The position numbers and the translations under genes were made by a program. Below the pieces are notes generated by a model, which saw only the letters and a program-made list of their open reading frames with translations, did no database searches and had not been told where the DNA came from. A DNA stretch of 64,000 nt from Somniosus microcephalus (Eukaryota), in the NCBI GenBank assembly GCA_052327205.1, contig CM126223.1, positions 35,030,001 to 35,094,000 on the forward strand, given 5' to 3'. Of this stretch, positions 38,735 to 50,819 are shown piece by piece (position 1 is the stretch's first letter; each line of letters opens with the position of its first letter).

Positions 38735-39558
38735 GGGAGGTGATTTTGCCAGACCTGGGGAGGCGGATATGGAGGCAGTCTGCTGGGAAAATGGCAGAAT
38801 TTGGGGGCAGGTTGCCAACCCGCCTCCATGCCATCTTCCTAGGAGGTAGGTAGCCATCCTGTGCCGGGTCCCGTTTCCTTGAAGACGGGAAGGGATTAAA
38901 GCCTATTAACTGCCTGCTACAGGTAGTTAACAGGCAGAAAATAGGATTATCCCTTTTTTGCCCTCAAGTGCGGACTTCTCAAAGGGTCCAAAACCCGCCG
39001 GCAAGGCAAGTAGTGGGCCTGCAGGGGTGGGGGCGCAAATGTGTGCTGTGAAGGTAAGTGATGGGTGCAGGAGTGGAGAGGTGAGTATCTGAGGTAAGTG
39101 CAAAGTGTTTTTAAAAGTGTACTTACCTTTGCATACAAACCGACTGAAGCTTGCAGGAAGAAACAGAGTGTCTCGGACCTCCGCGTTGGGATTGACAGGT
39201 GGCCATTGCATTCACAGATGCAACAACCATCTCAATTCTGCAAAAGAAAGAAGTTTGATGGGGTCTTCTATTCAAGACCTCATCAAACTGCAGAGAATGT
39301 CACTGTTTGACAGCTTCACAGAGCTGTCAAATGATGACAATTCATCTGTCAAAAATTTTTGACAGATGAAACGTCATACATTGACGTGCTCTGCAATCAG
39401 CTTTCCCTTAATTGGCCTGCTAAGCCCACTGGACTTGCTTAACAAGGACAATCAAGGGAAAATAGTGTGGGTTGGCCACAAATCGATGGAGGCGGGACAT
39501 CAACCTGACAAGCAGCAGTCCCGCCTCCAACGCGCCCCCTGTCAAAAAATCGCCCCCT
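38735..39558. mobile_element. Harbinger-like non-autonomous element
   Basis: Inverted ends ggaggtgatttt / aaaatcgccccct. Confidence 0.45.
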
Positions 39559-41914
39559 TAGATTCTGCAATTAAATAGCTACTACAAACCCATCTGTACT
39601 CGGGGAGAAGAGGTTGAGTTGCTTGAATCTGATATCATGTTTCCAGGGACAGCTAGACAGTCTGTCAATAATGATGGATGTGGTTATTTAAAAGATTGAA
39701 TACTCTTAAACAGACAAAAGTTAATGCACCAGATAACTTGAATCTACGAGTTTTAACGGTAATAGGGAATTAAGTTTCAACTGTCATGTATGAGCAATCC
39801 ATGAAGATTAGAAAGTGGTTGACATAACTATTATTTAAGAAAGGGAAACTATAAGCCAGCAATTTAATGTCAGTCATAGGAAAAGCCTTTAAAACCATTT
39901 TGAAGATGCAATGGGTTAACACTTGGACAAGCGTTAACGTGTGAAAGGAGAAACTGAATAGATTCAGCTAAATAGGTCATGTTTCACTTGCCTGCTGGAG
40001 TTTTTCACAGACAATACCTTCCTGGTGGACAGGGAAACAGTTGGTATAAAGTTGGATTTCCGAAAGCTTTTGACCAGATTTCACACTGACAATTGATGGC
40101 TGAAATAAGGAGTCATGGAGCAGGGGGTAAAAGTGCTTAGCTGCAGTTGAAGAAGGCAAAAGGTTCTGAGTTACAGCAGCAGAGAAACTTGAGTACAAAT
40201 CGAAAAAGGTTGTACTGTTGCTGTATATGGATTTGGTCAGATTTCACCTGGAGTCCTGGGTGCAGTTCCAGGCATTTAATCAAAGGCTACAAACCAACTC
40301 CAGAATATTCAGTAACGGTACAGGAGCCATTGTGTCCTGCGGTCGCTCAAATTACGCCGTGGAATACTGGTGCACAAATTCTTTAATAGCTTAGATTGCC
40401 CGTTGCATTCCCCCCGATGTTGAGGTACCTGCAGTAATCAGGTGACGGGTATGGCAGGGTGAGAAATAGTACAGGGATCTATAATGCCAATTCCTATCCA
40501 CTTTATTTCTGCCAGGTGCATGTAAACAAGGCAGTAAAGATGTGGTGACATCCCAATTCCCATCATTATCCGCTCTCCTATTACTGAGTCTTAATTACAG
40601 CATATGAAACTGACGTCCTGGGATGCTGCGTACTACCCTGAAGGAGAATTAGGTTCACGGACAAATGTGTCTGGTTACTGTTGTTGTTAAAACCTTATTA
40701 TTGCACTGTATTTGCTGTTTCTGCCTATTTTGCCATTTGCTGGTTGGTTGATGTTTACCTCTCCCCCCCCGCACCCCCCCCCCCCCCTCTTTTAAGCAAA
40801 CAATGGTTTTCCCATCAGGGGTTTTTCTCTATCTTTGCTTCTTGCAAAAGGTAGAGGAGCAATTGAGGGTAGCCAAGCTGATGAGTCCTGCGCTATGGCC
40901 ACATGGCACCAGTTGCCGATACCCACACACCAGAGTACCCAGGCAGAGGCAGTCCTACCTGCATTTGACCGAGGAGCAATGCCTGAGGAAGCTTCACTTT
41001 TCGAAGGGAGCTGTTGGAGTGATGTCATGGTGCAAGCAGATCTCCAGTCCACTTCCACTAAATCCACCACTCTATCAGTGACTGTTATGATCACCACCAC
41101 CCTTGACTTCTATACTGGTGTCATTTCAGTCTTCCATTGTGTACATCTGTAACAGCCAAACAGTTGTGCACAGATGCATCAAGCAAGTCACAGATGCATT
41201 GTCCTCTAGCGCTACTAATCTTGTCATTTTGCCATGGACAACTGGTGCCAACATGACTGGGCACTCTACTTTTATTGAGTAACAGATTTTCCAAGGCCCA
41301 GTGTTTAATGCTTGAACTCAAAGCTAAACAGTGCTTCTCCTAAATGCTGTCTGAGTGTTCAGCTGCTGTGTGTCAGGACGTGTCTCTTGGGTTTGAGGTT
41401 GCCCTTGTCTGACAACAGCTAAGACCTGAGATGGACCTCGTGTAGACTACAATTTTGTGCTGCATGGGCAACCTGACCCCTACCTCCTATATGCCATGGA
41501 GAATGGTGGGGGGTGGGCACACATGTGCTGCTATCCTGGCAGCACCATCACCTTTGCGTGGTCGGGCCACGCCACTGGTACTGGGCATTGATCTGTGGGA
41601 AAGCAGACCCAATGGTTGTAAGGAAAGCAGTGACATCCTGTGTGATGCTTGTCTGCAACTGGTCACCAAGACCGTTCAAACTGAAAGAGGCAGCTTTCTC
41701 CAACCTGGCACTCAAGACCTCTATAGTGGCAGTCTGAGTTTCCATGGAGGACCTCTAGGGTGATCTCTGCTGGAGATGTTCCTGAAGCTGCTACATGCTC
41801 CATGGTGGACTTCAGTGCTCCAATGTGATATACACTGTCGGATATGGTCCTGCTCAAAGGGTCTCCAATAAATGTGCTACTGGCAGACTACCGGCACTGA
41901 ACCTGTCTGTAGTA

Positions 41915-42098
41915 CATCGTTGCTGGGTCAAAATCCTGGAACTCCCTCCATAACAGCACTGTGGGAGTACCTTCACCACACGGGCTGCAGCGGTTCAAGA
42001 AGGCGGCTCACCACCACCTTCTCAAGGGCAATTAGGGATGGGCAATAAATGCTGGCCTTGCCAGCGACGCCTACATCCCAGGAACGAATTTTTAAAAA
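41915..42098 (+). mobile_element. LINE 3' fragment (same family as 3385-4985)
   Basis: Closely matches 4803-4985. Confidence 0.9.
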
Positions 42099-42348
42099 AG
42101 TGGTGCATACTAAGTTATCCATTGAACAGCCTCTGACCCTGTGCCATAGAGACACAGGGTAGGAGAGAAAGACGTTTAGGGCCATGTCATGCTTTTGGGG
42201 CGTATTATTCCACAGCGTGTGAGAGACACCCAGTGTTCAGCTGGGAATCTGCATAATATTCTGAATGTTTTGTTTGCTGCTGCAGTTTTCTTGTGTTGTA
42301 TTTTTTGCATGCTGAGCTTCATCTGGTTGTTTTCTTCCCTTCCCACAG

Positions 42349-42426
42349 AAAATGATCTTTATAGGAATTTGCATTGCAGTAGTACTGTTGGTTATCATCA
42401 TTGTTCTGGCTGTGTCTCTCAGTTAA
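42349..42426 (+). CDS. STX1A: Alternative last coding exon 10a, transmembrane anchor KMIFIGICIAVVLLVIIIVLAVSLS*
   Basis: Strong acceptor tttcttcccttcccacag|, phase 0. Lys plus ~22 hydrophobic residues then TAA makes a tail anchor. Resembles the recalled STX2 tail KLMFIIICVIVLLVILGIILATTLS. Confidence 0.85.
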   Translation, partial: KMIFIGICIAVVLLVIIIVLAVSLS

Positions 42427-42929
42427 TGCTCCAAAACACCATGATCCCGCAGAATCATCCTGATTGAGACTAAAGCTGGGCTTTTGTTCCGTCATCACCA
42501 TACAGCACTCATGTGGAAAGGAGAGACAGCAACCCATCATTACTGGGCATTTCCGTTTCATTTTGACAAACACCTATCATTTTCCAGGAGGTGCTGTTCA
42601 CAGCCAGCAAGACCATTACTCAGGTTTCAGTTCTATCCTCCTGTTGTGGACCTTGCTTCTTTTGGCATCACTGTAAGCTGAAGAACAACATCAGGATTCA
42701 AGCACAGTCTCTTCTGTATTGTTTATTGCTTACCTTCAATGCCATAATCTCATTTAAGAAACATTATCAGAATGAACCTCGCCTTAACAGACCTTGATCA
42801 CACCAACTTATTGGGTGACTCTGAATCCAGCTGAAGTTCTGCTGTAATAAGGTTTTTATAATAATTTCTAAATCAAATATCTCCCCTTTTCTCTTCTTCC
42901 ATCCTTCCCTCTCTCCTCTCCTGACTCTC

Positions 42930-43130
42930 NNNNNNNNNNNNNNNNNNNNNNNNNNNNNNNNNNNNNNNNNNNNNNNNNNNNNNNNNNNNNNNNNNNNNNN
43001 NNNNNNNNNNNNNNNNNNNNNNNNNNNNNNNNNNNNNNNNNNNNNNNNNNNNNNNNNNNNNNNNNNNNNNNNNNNNNNNNNNNNNNNNNNNNNNNNNNNN
43101 NNNNNNNNNNNNNNNNNNNNNNNNNNNNNN
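42930..43130. other. Assembly gap (~200 N)
   Basis: Run of N flanked by CT-rich repeats. Confidence 0.99.
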
Positions 43131-43765
43131 TCTCGCCCCTTCCTCCCTCCCTCTCGCCCCTTCCTCCCTCCCTCTCGCCCCTTCCTCCCTCCCTCTCGCC
43201 CCTTCCTCCCTCCCTCTCGCCCCTTCCTCCCTCCCTCTCGCCCCTTCCTCCCTCCCTCTCGCCCCTTCCTCCCTCCCTCTCGCCCCTTCCTCCCTCCCTC
43301 TCGCCCCTTCCTCCCTCCCTCTCGCCCCTTCCTCCCTCCCTCTCGCCCCTTCCTCCCTCCCTCTCGCCCCTTCCTCCCTCCCTCTCGCCCCTTCCTCCCT
43401 CCCTCTCGCCCCTTCCTCCCTCCCTCTCGCCCCTCCCTCCCTCCCTCTCGCCCCTCCCTCCCTCCCTCTCGCCCCTCCCTCCCTCCCTCTCGCCCCTCCC
43501 TCCCTCCCTCTCGCCCCTCCCTCCCTCCCTCTCGCCCCTCCCTCCCTCCCTCTCGCCCCTCCCTCCCTCCCTCTCGCCCCTCCCTCCCTCCCTCTCGCCC
43601 CTTCCTCCCTCCCTCTCTCCCCTTCCTCCCTCCCCCTCTCCCCTTCCTCCCTCCCCCTCTCCCCTTCCTCCCTCTCCCCTTCCTCCCTCTCCCCTTCCTC
43701 CCTCTCCCCTTCCTCCCTCTCCCCTTCCTCCCTCTCCCCTTCCTCCCTCCCTCTCTCCCCTTCCT

Positions 43766-43810
<45 letters not shown>

Positions 43811-43858
43811 CCCCCCCTTCCTCTCTCTCTTTCTCCCCTCTCCCCATTCTCTCTCTTT
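43131..43858. repeat. CT-rich 21-bp minisatellite grading into (CT)n
   Basis: Unit tctcgccccttcctccctccc. Confidence 0.95.
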
Positions 43859-44929
43859 GAAAAATCCTCTGATGGTGTTTGAACTGCCAAGGGCGGGTTT
43901 TACTAGAAGCAGCTTGACCTCCAGCCTCTAGCAAACACTATGCTGAGGTTGCTAGCGAAGTATCTCCCACATTATGCATCCAACACAAATTGGACATAAC
44001 AGTATCTTTGGCAAAGAGGTTTTATTAAACATCTTCCATAGCAAATACCTATAGATACATCACGCACAGATCCCCTACAAACAGACCCCTACACACGGCT
44101 CCAGATAGACAGAGACACATACCTGCTCAAAGATACAAGCGTACACCAATACAGACCCACATGAACGTACCCCTCCTGATTAACCTGTAAAGAAGCTCCA
44201 TTGACACCAGCAGTGTAGATGTGCCCGCAGAGCTTCCCTTCCCACTGTTACTCTCCTTGCAGACAGAAGCAAGGAAAAGTAAAAAAATTTGATACAGTGA
44301 AGGGCAGGGAAATGCAATTACCTGTACATAGATATCTCCAATTGAAGAGTTACAAGCACAATGGGACAAATGGCCTCCTCTGCTGTAATTTATAGGATTC
44401 TATAAGACTTATAGAAAAATCCAGTAAACCCACAAATAGAGGAACAAGAACTGATTCAGGAACAGGAAACAATACAGATACAGGAAAAGATATGGAAACC
44501 GGAAAAGATACGGAAACAGTAAAACATACGGATACAGGAAAAGGAACGCATACAGGAGTCAGAACACATACAGGTACAGAAACATGAACAGATATGGATA
44601 TAAAAACACATATGAATACGCAAACAGGAATTTTTGCAGCAACAGATATATAGAATTTTATAGAACACAAGGTGGCCATTTAGCCCATCACACCTAACAG
44701 CATAAAAACAATTATCCTAACCTTTCCCTCTTTTTTTGGTAGTGATCTTTAATTTATGTGCTCTAGTTACCAACACACCAACCAGTGGAATTAGTTTTTC
44801 ATTATTATCTGATCAAAACTCCTCCATCAGACCCCCTCATAACTTTCTCTGCTCTGGTGAAAAAATGACTCACTTTCTCCAGTCTCTCCTCCTAACTAAA
44901 GCTTCTCAATTCTAGCATAATCTTAGTAA

Positions 44930-46789
44930 ACTAGCAAGAGACATAAAAACAGATTATAAAAGCTTCTATAGGTATGTAAAAAGGAAGAGATTAGCAAAAG
45001 TAAACATAGGTCCCTTCGAGGCAGAGACAGGAGAAATTATAATACAGGAGAAATTATAATGGGGAATAAGGAAATGGCAGAGACATTAAACAAATACTTT
45101 GTATCTGTCTTCATGATGGAGGACATATTACATTCCAGAAATAGTGGAGGACCAAGAGTCTAGTGAGGAATTTAAAGAAATTAGTATTAGTAAAGAAATA
45201 GTACTGGAGAAATTAATGGGACTAAAAGTCGACATACCTTGGACCTGATAGCCTACATCCTAGGCTTTTACAAGAGGTAGCTACAGAGATAGTGGATGCA
45301 TTGGTTTTGATTTTCCAGAGTTCCCTAGATTCTAGAACAGACCCAGCAGATTGGAAGGTAGCAAACGTAACCCTGCTATTCAAAAAAGGAGCGAGAGAGA
45401 AAATGGGAACTATAGGCCAGTTAGCCTGATATCAGTGGTAGGGAAAATGCTAGAATCTATTATTAGGGACGTGGTAACAAGGTACTTAGAAAATCATATG
45501 ATTGGGCAGAGTCAACATGGATTTATGAAAGGGAAATCGTGTTTGACAAATCTAATATAATTTTTTGAGGTTGTAACTAGCAGGGTAGATGAGAGGAACC
45601 AGTGGATGTAGTGTATTTGGATTTATCAAAAAGCAGTCGATAAACCACACAAGAGGTTATTACACAAAATTAGGGCTCATGGGATTGGGGTAATATATTA
45701 GCATGGCTTGAGAATTGGTTAACGGACAGAAAACAGAGTAGGAATAAACAGGTCATTTTCGGGTTGGCAGGCTGTAACTAGTGGGGTACCGCAAGGATCA
45801 GTGCTTGGGCCTCAGCTATTCACAATCTATATCAATGACTTAGATGAGGGGTTCGAGTGTAATGTTTCCAAGTTTGCTGACGACACAAAATTAGGTGGGA
45901 AAGTAAGCTGTGAGGATGTCTCCAAGAGGCTGCAAAGGGATACCGACAGATTGAGTGATTAGGCAAGAACATGACAGTTGGAATATACGTGGAGAAGTGC
46001 GAAGTTATCCACTTTGGTAGGAAAAATAGAAAAGCAGAATATCTTTTAAATGGTGAGAGATTGGGAAATGTTGGTACAGAGGGACCTGGGTGTCCTTGTA
46101 CATGTATCACAGAAAGTTAACATGCAGGTATAGCAAGCAATTAAGAAAGCAAATGGTATGTTAGCCTTTATTACAAAAGGATTGGAGTATAAGGGTAAAG
46201 AAGTCTTACTACAATTATATAGAGCCTTGGTGAGACCACACCTGGAGTATTGTGTACAGTTTTGGTCTCCTTACCTAAGGAAGGACATACTTGACATAGA
46301 GGGAGTGCAACGCAGCTTTACTAGACTGATTCCTGGGATGAGGGGATTGTCCTATGTGGAGAGATTGAGTCAACTAGGCCTATATTCTCTAGAGTTTAGA
46401 AGAATGTGAGGTGATCTCATTGAAACATATAAAATTCTTAAGGGGCTTGACAGGGTAGATGGTGGAAGGATGTTTCCCCTGGCTGGGGATTCGAGAACTA
46501 GGGATCACAGTCTCAAAATAAGGGGTCGGCCATTTAGGACTGAGATGAGGAGAAATTTCTTCACTCTTGTGAATCTTTGGAAATCTCTACCCCAGAGAGC
46601 TGTAGATGCTCAGTCATTGCGTATATTCAAGACAGGTTGATAAATTTTTGGATACTAAGGGAATCGAGTGATATGGGGATAGTGCGGGAAGGTGGAGTTG
46701 AGGTAGAAGATCAGCCATGATCTTATTGAATGGCGGAGCAGGCTCGAAGGGCTGAATGGCCTACTTCTGCTCCTATTTCTTATGTTCTT
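44930..46789 (+). mobile_element. Degenerate CR1 LINE (RT to 3' tail), nested in an older minus-strand CR1 (~44650-44930 and ~46790-47190)
   Basis: [32 protein letters not shown] and RPHLEYCVQFW with stops and frameshifts; tail ttcttatgttctt. Confidence 0.92.
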
Positions 46790-49305
46790 GTGAACCTCTC
46801 TTGCACCCTGCCTATGGACTTGATATCCTTCATAAAGTTGGGGCGTCCAAAACTGGATACAATGTTCAAATGCAGCCTAGCCAATGACTTGTATAGATTT
46901 AGTATTACCTCTTTGTTCTTGTACCCTACTAAGAACTTTTTTTTACAGCTTTATCAATTGGTCCTTCCAATTTAAAAGATTTGTGTATCTGAACCCCTAA
47001 GTCCCTCTGCTCCTCTACTCCATTTAAAGAGCATATGCCCTCTAATTATTCTTTCTCCAAAAATGAATCACTTGACATATCTCCACATTAAATTTCATCT
47101 GATGTCTATCTGCCCAATCTACTACCCTGTCTAGGGCCTCCTGAAGTCACTTAGTCTTCTTCACACTCCCTATTTTGTGTTTGAGAATTTTTATATAATG
47201 CCCCTATAGCCAACTCCCAAAGTTACAGTGGCGAAACGGGAGTAGTTCCGAGGAAATTCCTGGTCATAATCATACTGAAGCCTAAGAGATACAGTATTTT
47301 TCACCAATTCCCCCTTCCCCAAATGTGCTAGTGTACAGTTCCATTGGCAGCAGATACCCTCTAATATCCTGTCTGAATAGTCACTCTGCATGTGTGGGCC
47401 TAGATAGTGTTCAGTCAGGGGGCCAAGGGAGGCGGCGCAACCATCTGAAATTCTGTCCTTGGTAAGTACTCACATGGACTCTCTAGTAGGAGTGACTGAT
47501 TTTTCTCCCCTCCTAATCTGGGGTACTGAGGCCAATTGTAGTGCCCCCCCCAACCATGGCTATACTGGCCTGTGTGGCTCAGCACTACACCGGGTAGTAC
47601 ATTTATTTACTGAATCATCAGAGAAGCTTAGAAAGAGTTGATTTTACATACACCAAAATATAGCCCTGGTGTGGTAAGGCTTGTAATTCCATAATGACTG
47701 CTCGTTTTGTGTCATATTAAGGGGGAGGAGATAATTTGTCAAAGTTTGTCAGTATGGCTATATACATTGCCATGTACAGAATTACATTAATAACAAAAAA
47801 GGTCAAAAGAATTTTTAAAAAAGACACTCTTTCACTGGTCTCAAAGAGAACATTGTCAGCAGTGACGAAAGCTACTTGAAAGCCACTAAATAACAGCAAA
47901 GGCGAGGCTGCTAAAACAGTAGTGTACTGCAGGGGAACGAGTTAAATGAGCTCACTTTAATAACAAAAGCAATACCATTTATCCTTGAAGCTAAAATGTA
48001 TTATTGCTGCGGGAGCAATGAACCCAATTACGGTGTGGATCCTCTTTCCTGTCTCTCTCTGTCACGGGACACGTGTGCATCATGTGGCTGTAAAACTACA
48101 GCACTGCTCAGTATGTGCGGATAATGTGGTCATTCTGCAGGTGGCTCATCCCTTCTTCCTATATGTTATCCTGTTCTTCTTGCATCTACATTGCAGCTCT
48201 CGCTTTCTCCATTTATGAAGAACTGGCTCACTGTTTTTGCATGATTGTATATTTTATGGCTGCTTTGTTATTACTTTATAAAGCGTAATATTTAGAAAAC
48301 GTTTTTCTAAACTCATGCAACTCATTTACGAGGTGTGCGGGAGGTGGATGGTGACTCACTCTGTGGGAGGCAGTTGAACATTTCTGACAGACCGGCAAGA
48401 GTTTGAGAAGCTGATCATTTCATCGGCATCACGGGATGAAAGGAACTCAGGTTTGAAATGTGGGCTAGACCTTCACGGAGAGAGTAGACAGCCTTACATA
48501 GTGAGCCTATTATTGGTCACAATACCATGCAGTGCCTGATGAAGGGGATCAGGCTGAAGGTGAGTACCACACATAGCAGTGGCCTCGTGAGTAGTATCAT
48601 GATATGGTATCAGCAACTAGTGTGTGAATGCCAGTCTCCATATTCCGAAACCAGCTCCTTTTTCCAAATCTGCACATCATCCTGCAACTGGACAGCACAG
48701 CACCAAGCAGTTGGGTCAATGGGTAACCAGTTAGCCAGCGTATCAGTCAGGAGCCAGTTAACTAAAGTCAAAGGTTTACAAAAAAATTATACATTGAGGT
48801 TAAAAGATAATAAAGCAACAAACCTCCTGCCTTCCCCGCTGCTTCAGGTTAGTGTTAATGTGAAGAGTTTGTAATGAGTGGGATTGTAATGTCAGATGTT
48901 TGTTAATGTGAGACGTGTTATAATGTGGGGGGGGAGGAGGGTGGTTAATGTGTGAGGGGCTTTACAGTGTGGGGGATTTGGAGTGTGATGGTTGGAATTT
49001 GAGGTGTGTTGATGCTTAGAATGAGAGTGTGTTTAGTGTGGGAGGTTTGTTTAGTGTGGGAGGTTTGTAATAGGGGACTTGTGTTGTGAGGTGGGTTTGT
49101 AATGTGAAGAGTGTGTTAAAATGAGGGGGTAGTAAGTATTATTAAGGCAATTTGTTAATGTAAAGGGAAGATTTTAATCTATGGTTGGAATTGTTCATCT
49201 TCCATTCTGTAAAGATCCTGAATTAATTCAATATAAAATAAAAGCTCCAGAACTAACCCTTTCTCCTCTTCTTCCTGTCATGCTGCTTGGATTTGGGGAC
49301 TGCAG

Positions 49306-49386
49306 AAGAAGATTATGATCATTATATGCTGTGTGGTGCTGGGGGTCGTCATCGCCTCCACAGTTGGGGGAGTATTTGGATTTTGA
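49306..49386 (+). CDS. STX1A: Canonical last coding exon 10b: KKIMIIICCVVLGVVIASTVGGVFGF*
   Basis: Acceptor tgcag|, with branch point actaAc (A49256) and a pyrimidine tract upstream. Encodes the syntaxin-1 TMD with the CC pair; IASTVGG favours STX1A. Confidence 0.96.
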   Translation, partial: KKIMIIICCVVLGVVIASTVGGVFGF

Positions 49387-50813
49387 AAAACACAAAATAG
49401 GAGAGAATCCACCAATGTGATGTGGGCAGTTCAGCTACTTTGTGAGATGAAGTGACTTTCACTCGGTAACACTGAGAACGGTTTCTCTGCATGACTATCT
49501 AGCATTACTTCCTTTACTGGTCCTGCTCTTTCTGGCTGTTAAGGTATGGTAACATTTCTTTTCTCTTTAATTTTTTTTTTCAATGATGCGCTGTTTGCCA
49601 TAAACACATGAAAATTTGGCCCTGGAAAAAAAAACTTCATATTTAAAGGGATTGCTCTTAACCCATTGATTGCCAAAGCCAAAGAAAGCCCAGTTAACAC
49701 CAACAGACACAGCGGCTGGAGTCGACATTTTATAATAAGATACTGATCACAAAAAGGCAATATCTTTTTTAGAAACTCAATTAGTGTGCACAAGCTTTCA
49801 AATCTTGTCAAGGTTGGAAGAATGCAGTGATCCAACATCTCATCAGCACAATGGTACCCACTGGACTAGGCTGAAAGCCATTACCCCAACAGCATGTGTT
49901 CTGTGGAAATTCTTATCTTCATAATAACACTTCCATAGATGGAGGAGTGATCTGGTCTGGGAAAGTTTTGCTCTAATTGTATGACTTGATGTTTGCTACT
50001 GTGGGTGAGGACCACGAGGCTGTCTTTGAAGCCTCTCTTCTGATCTCAGCCTTACTCCTTTGCTAATTACAGTATTTTTCATTCGCTGTCATTTCTTCAT
50101 GTGAAGAAGAATCGCTGATGAAGATTTCTCTCAAGTGGTGCTATCGCTCCCTGTGATGTTAGAGAAAAGGCTGACAAGATCTGAAGAGTATCTTTAAAGG
50201 ATTCGGCTCTTTTTTAAAAAAAAAAGTGAAATGAGGTTGAAACAATTCAAATAAGTTTTCATCAATTTTTTTAATGTATTCTGGTCTGACAAAAAAAAAT
50301 CAGGAACCAGGCAGGTGAACCGTCAACAGTTCTACCAGTCAAAAATAAATTCTTCCAGCCAGGAAGCAGAAACCCTTAGAAAGCGTGTGCTTCACATCCA
50401 TCCTCTCTAATGTCATGAAAGGTACCCTCAGCGAGGAGCAGCTTCCTTCTCCTATTTAACATATGTCCTAAACAGATGAAGCTCTCATTTTAACATCTAT
50501 AAAGGGCTTGTGTTGGGAGATTTTGTACCTTGTCTATAATCAGTTTTCCTGCTTTAGGGTTCTAGTTTCTTTTAATTCCATGTGACAAGCTTTCGTTCTG
50601 GCTGGTTTACACATGTTTTTCACTTGTGCAGTTTTACCAAGAATACACAAATGCAACTAGGTATCAAAGGGCTTGAAAGAGCAGTTAGTCAAGACTTGCC
50701 AGTTACCATCAAACTGCACTCTGGTTTGGCAGCTCCTTTGGGTTGTTGAGGTGATCAGTCTGCATGTGGTGCAGAAAGTTCTGTTGCCAAGTTTCTTCCA
50801 GTCTTAAGTTAGA

Positions 50814-50819
50814 AATAAA
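50814..50819 (+). terminator. Candidate polyadenylation signal for the 10b isoform (another AATAAA at 50344-50349)
   Basis: AATAAA in AU-rich, largely repeat-free sequence ~1.4 kb after the stop, with a U/GU-rich region downstream. Confidence 0.4.

Noticed and set aside
44350-44679. Hydrophobic Val/Pro/Ser ORF as a membrane protein
   Set aside because: Antisense translation of a degenerate purine-rich short tandem repeat.
28343-49386. Assignment to STX1B or STX2
   Set aside because: 9b has the STX1B-like HSVDY and 9a/10a look STX2-like, but the constitutive exons ([25 protein letters not shown]) and IASTVGG fit STX1A best. Synteny cannot be checked here.
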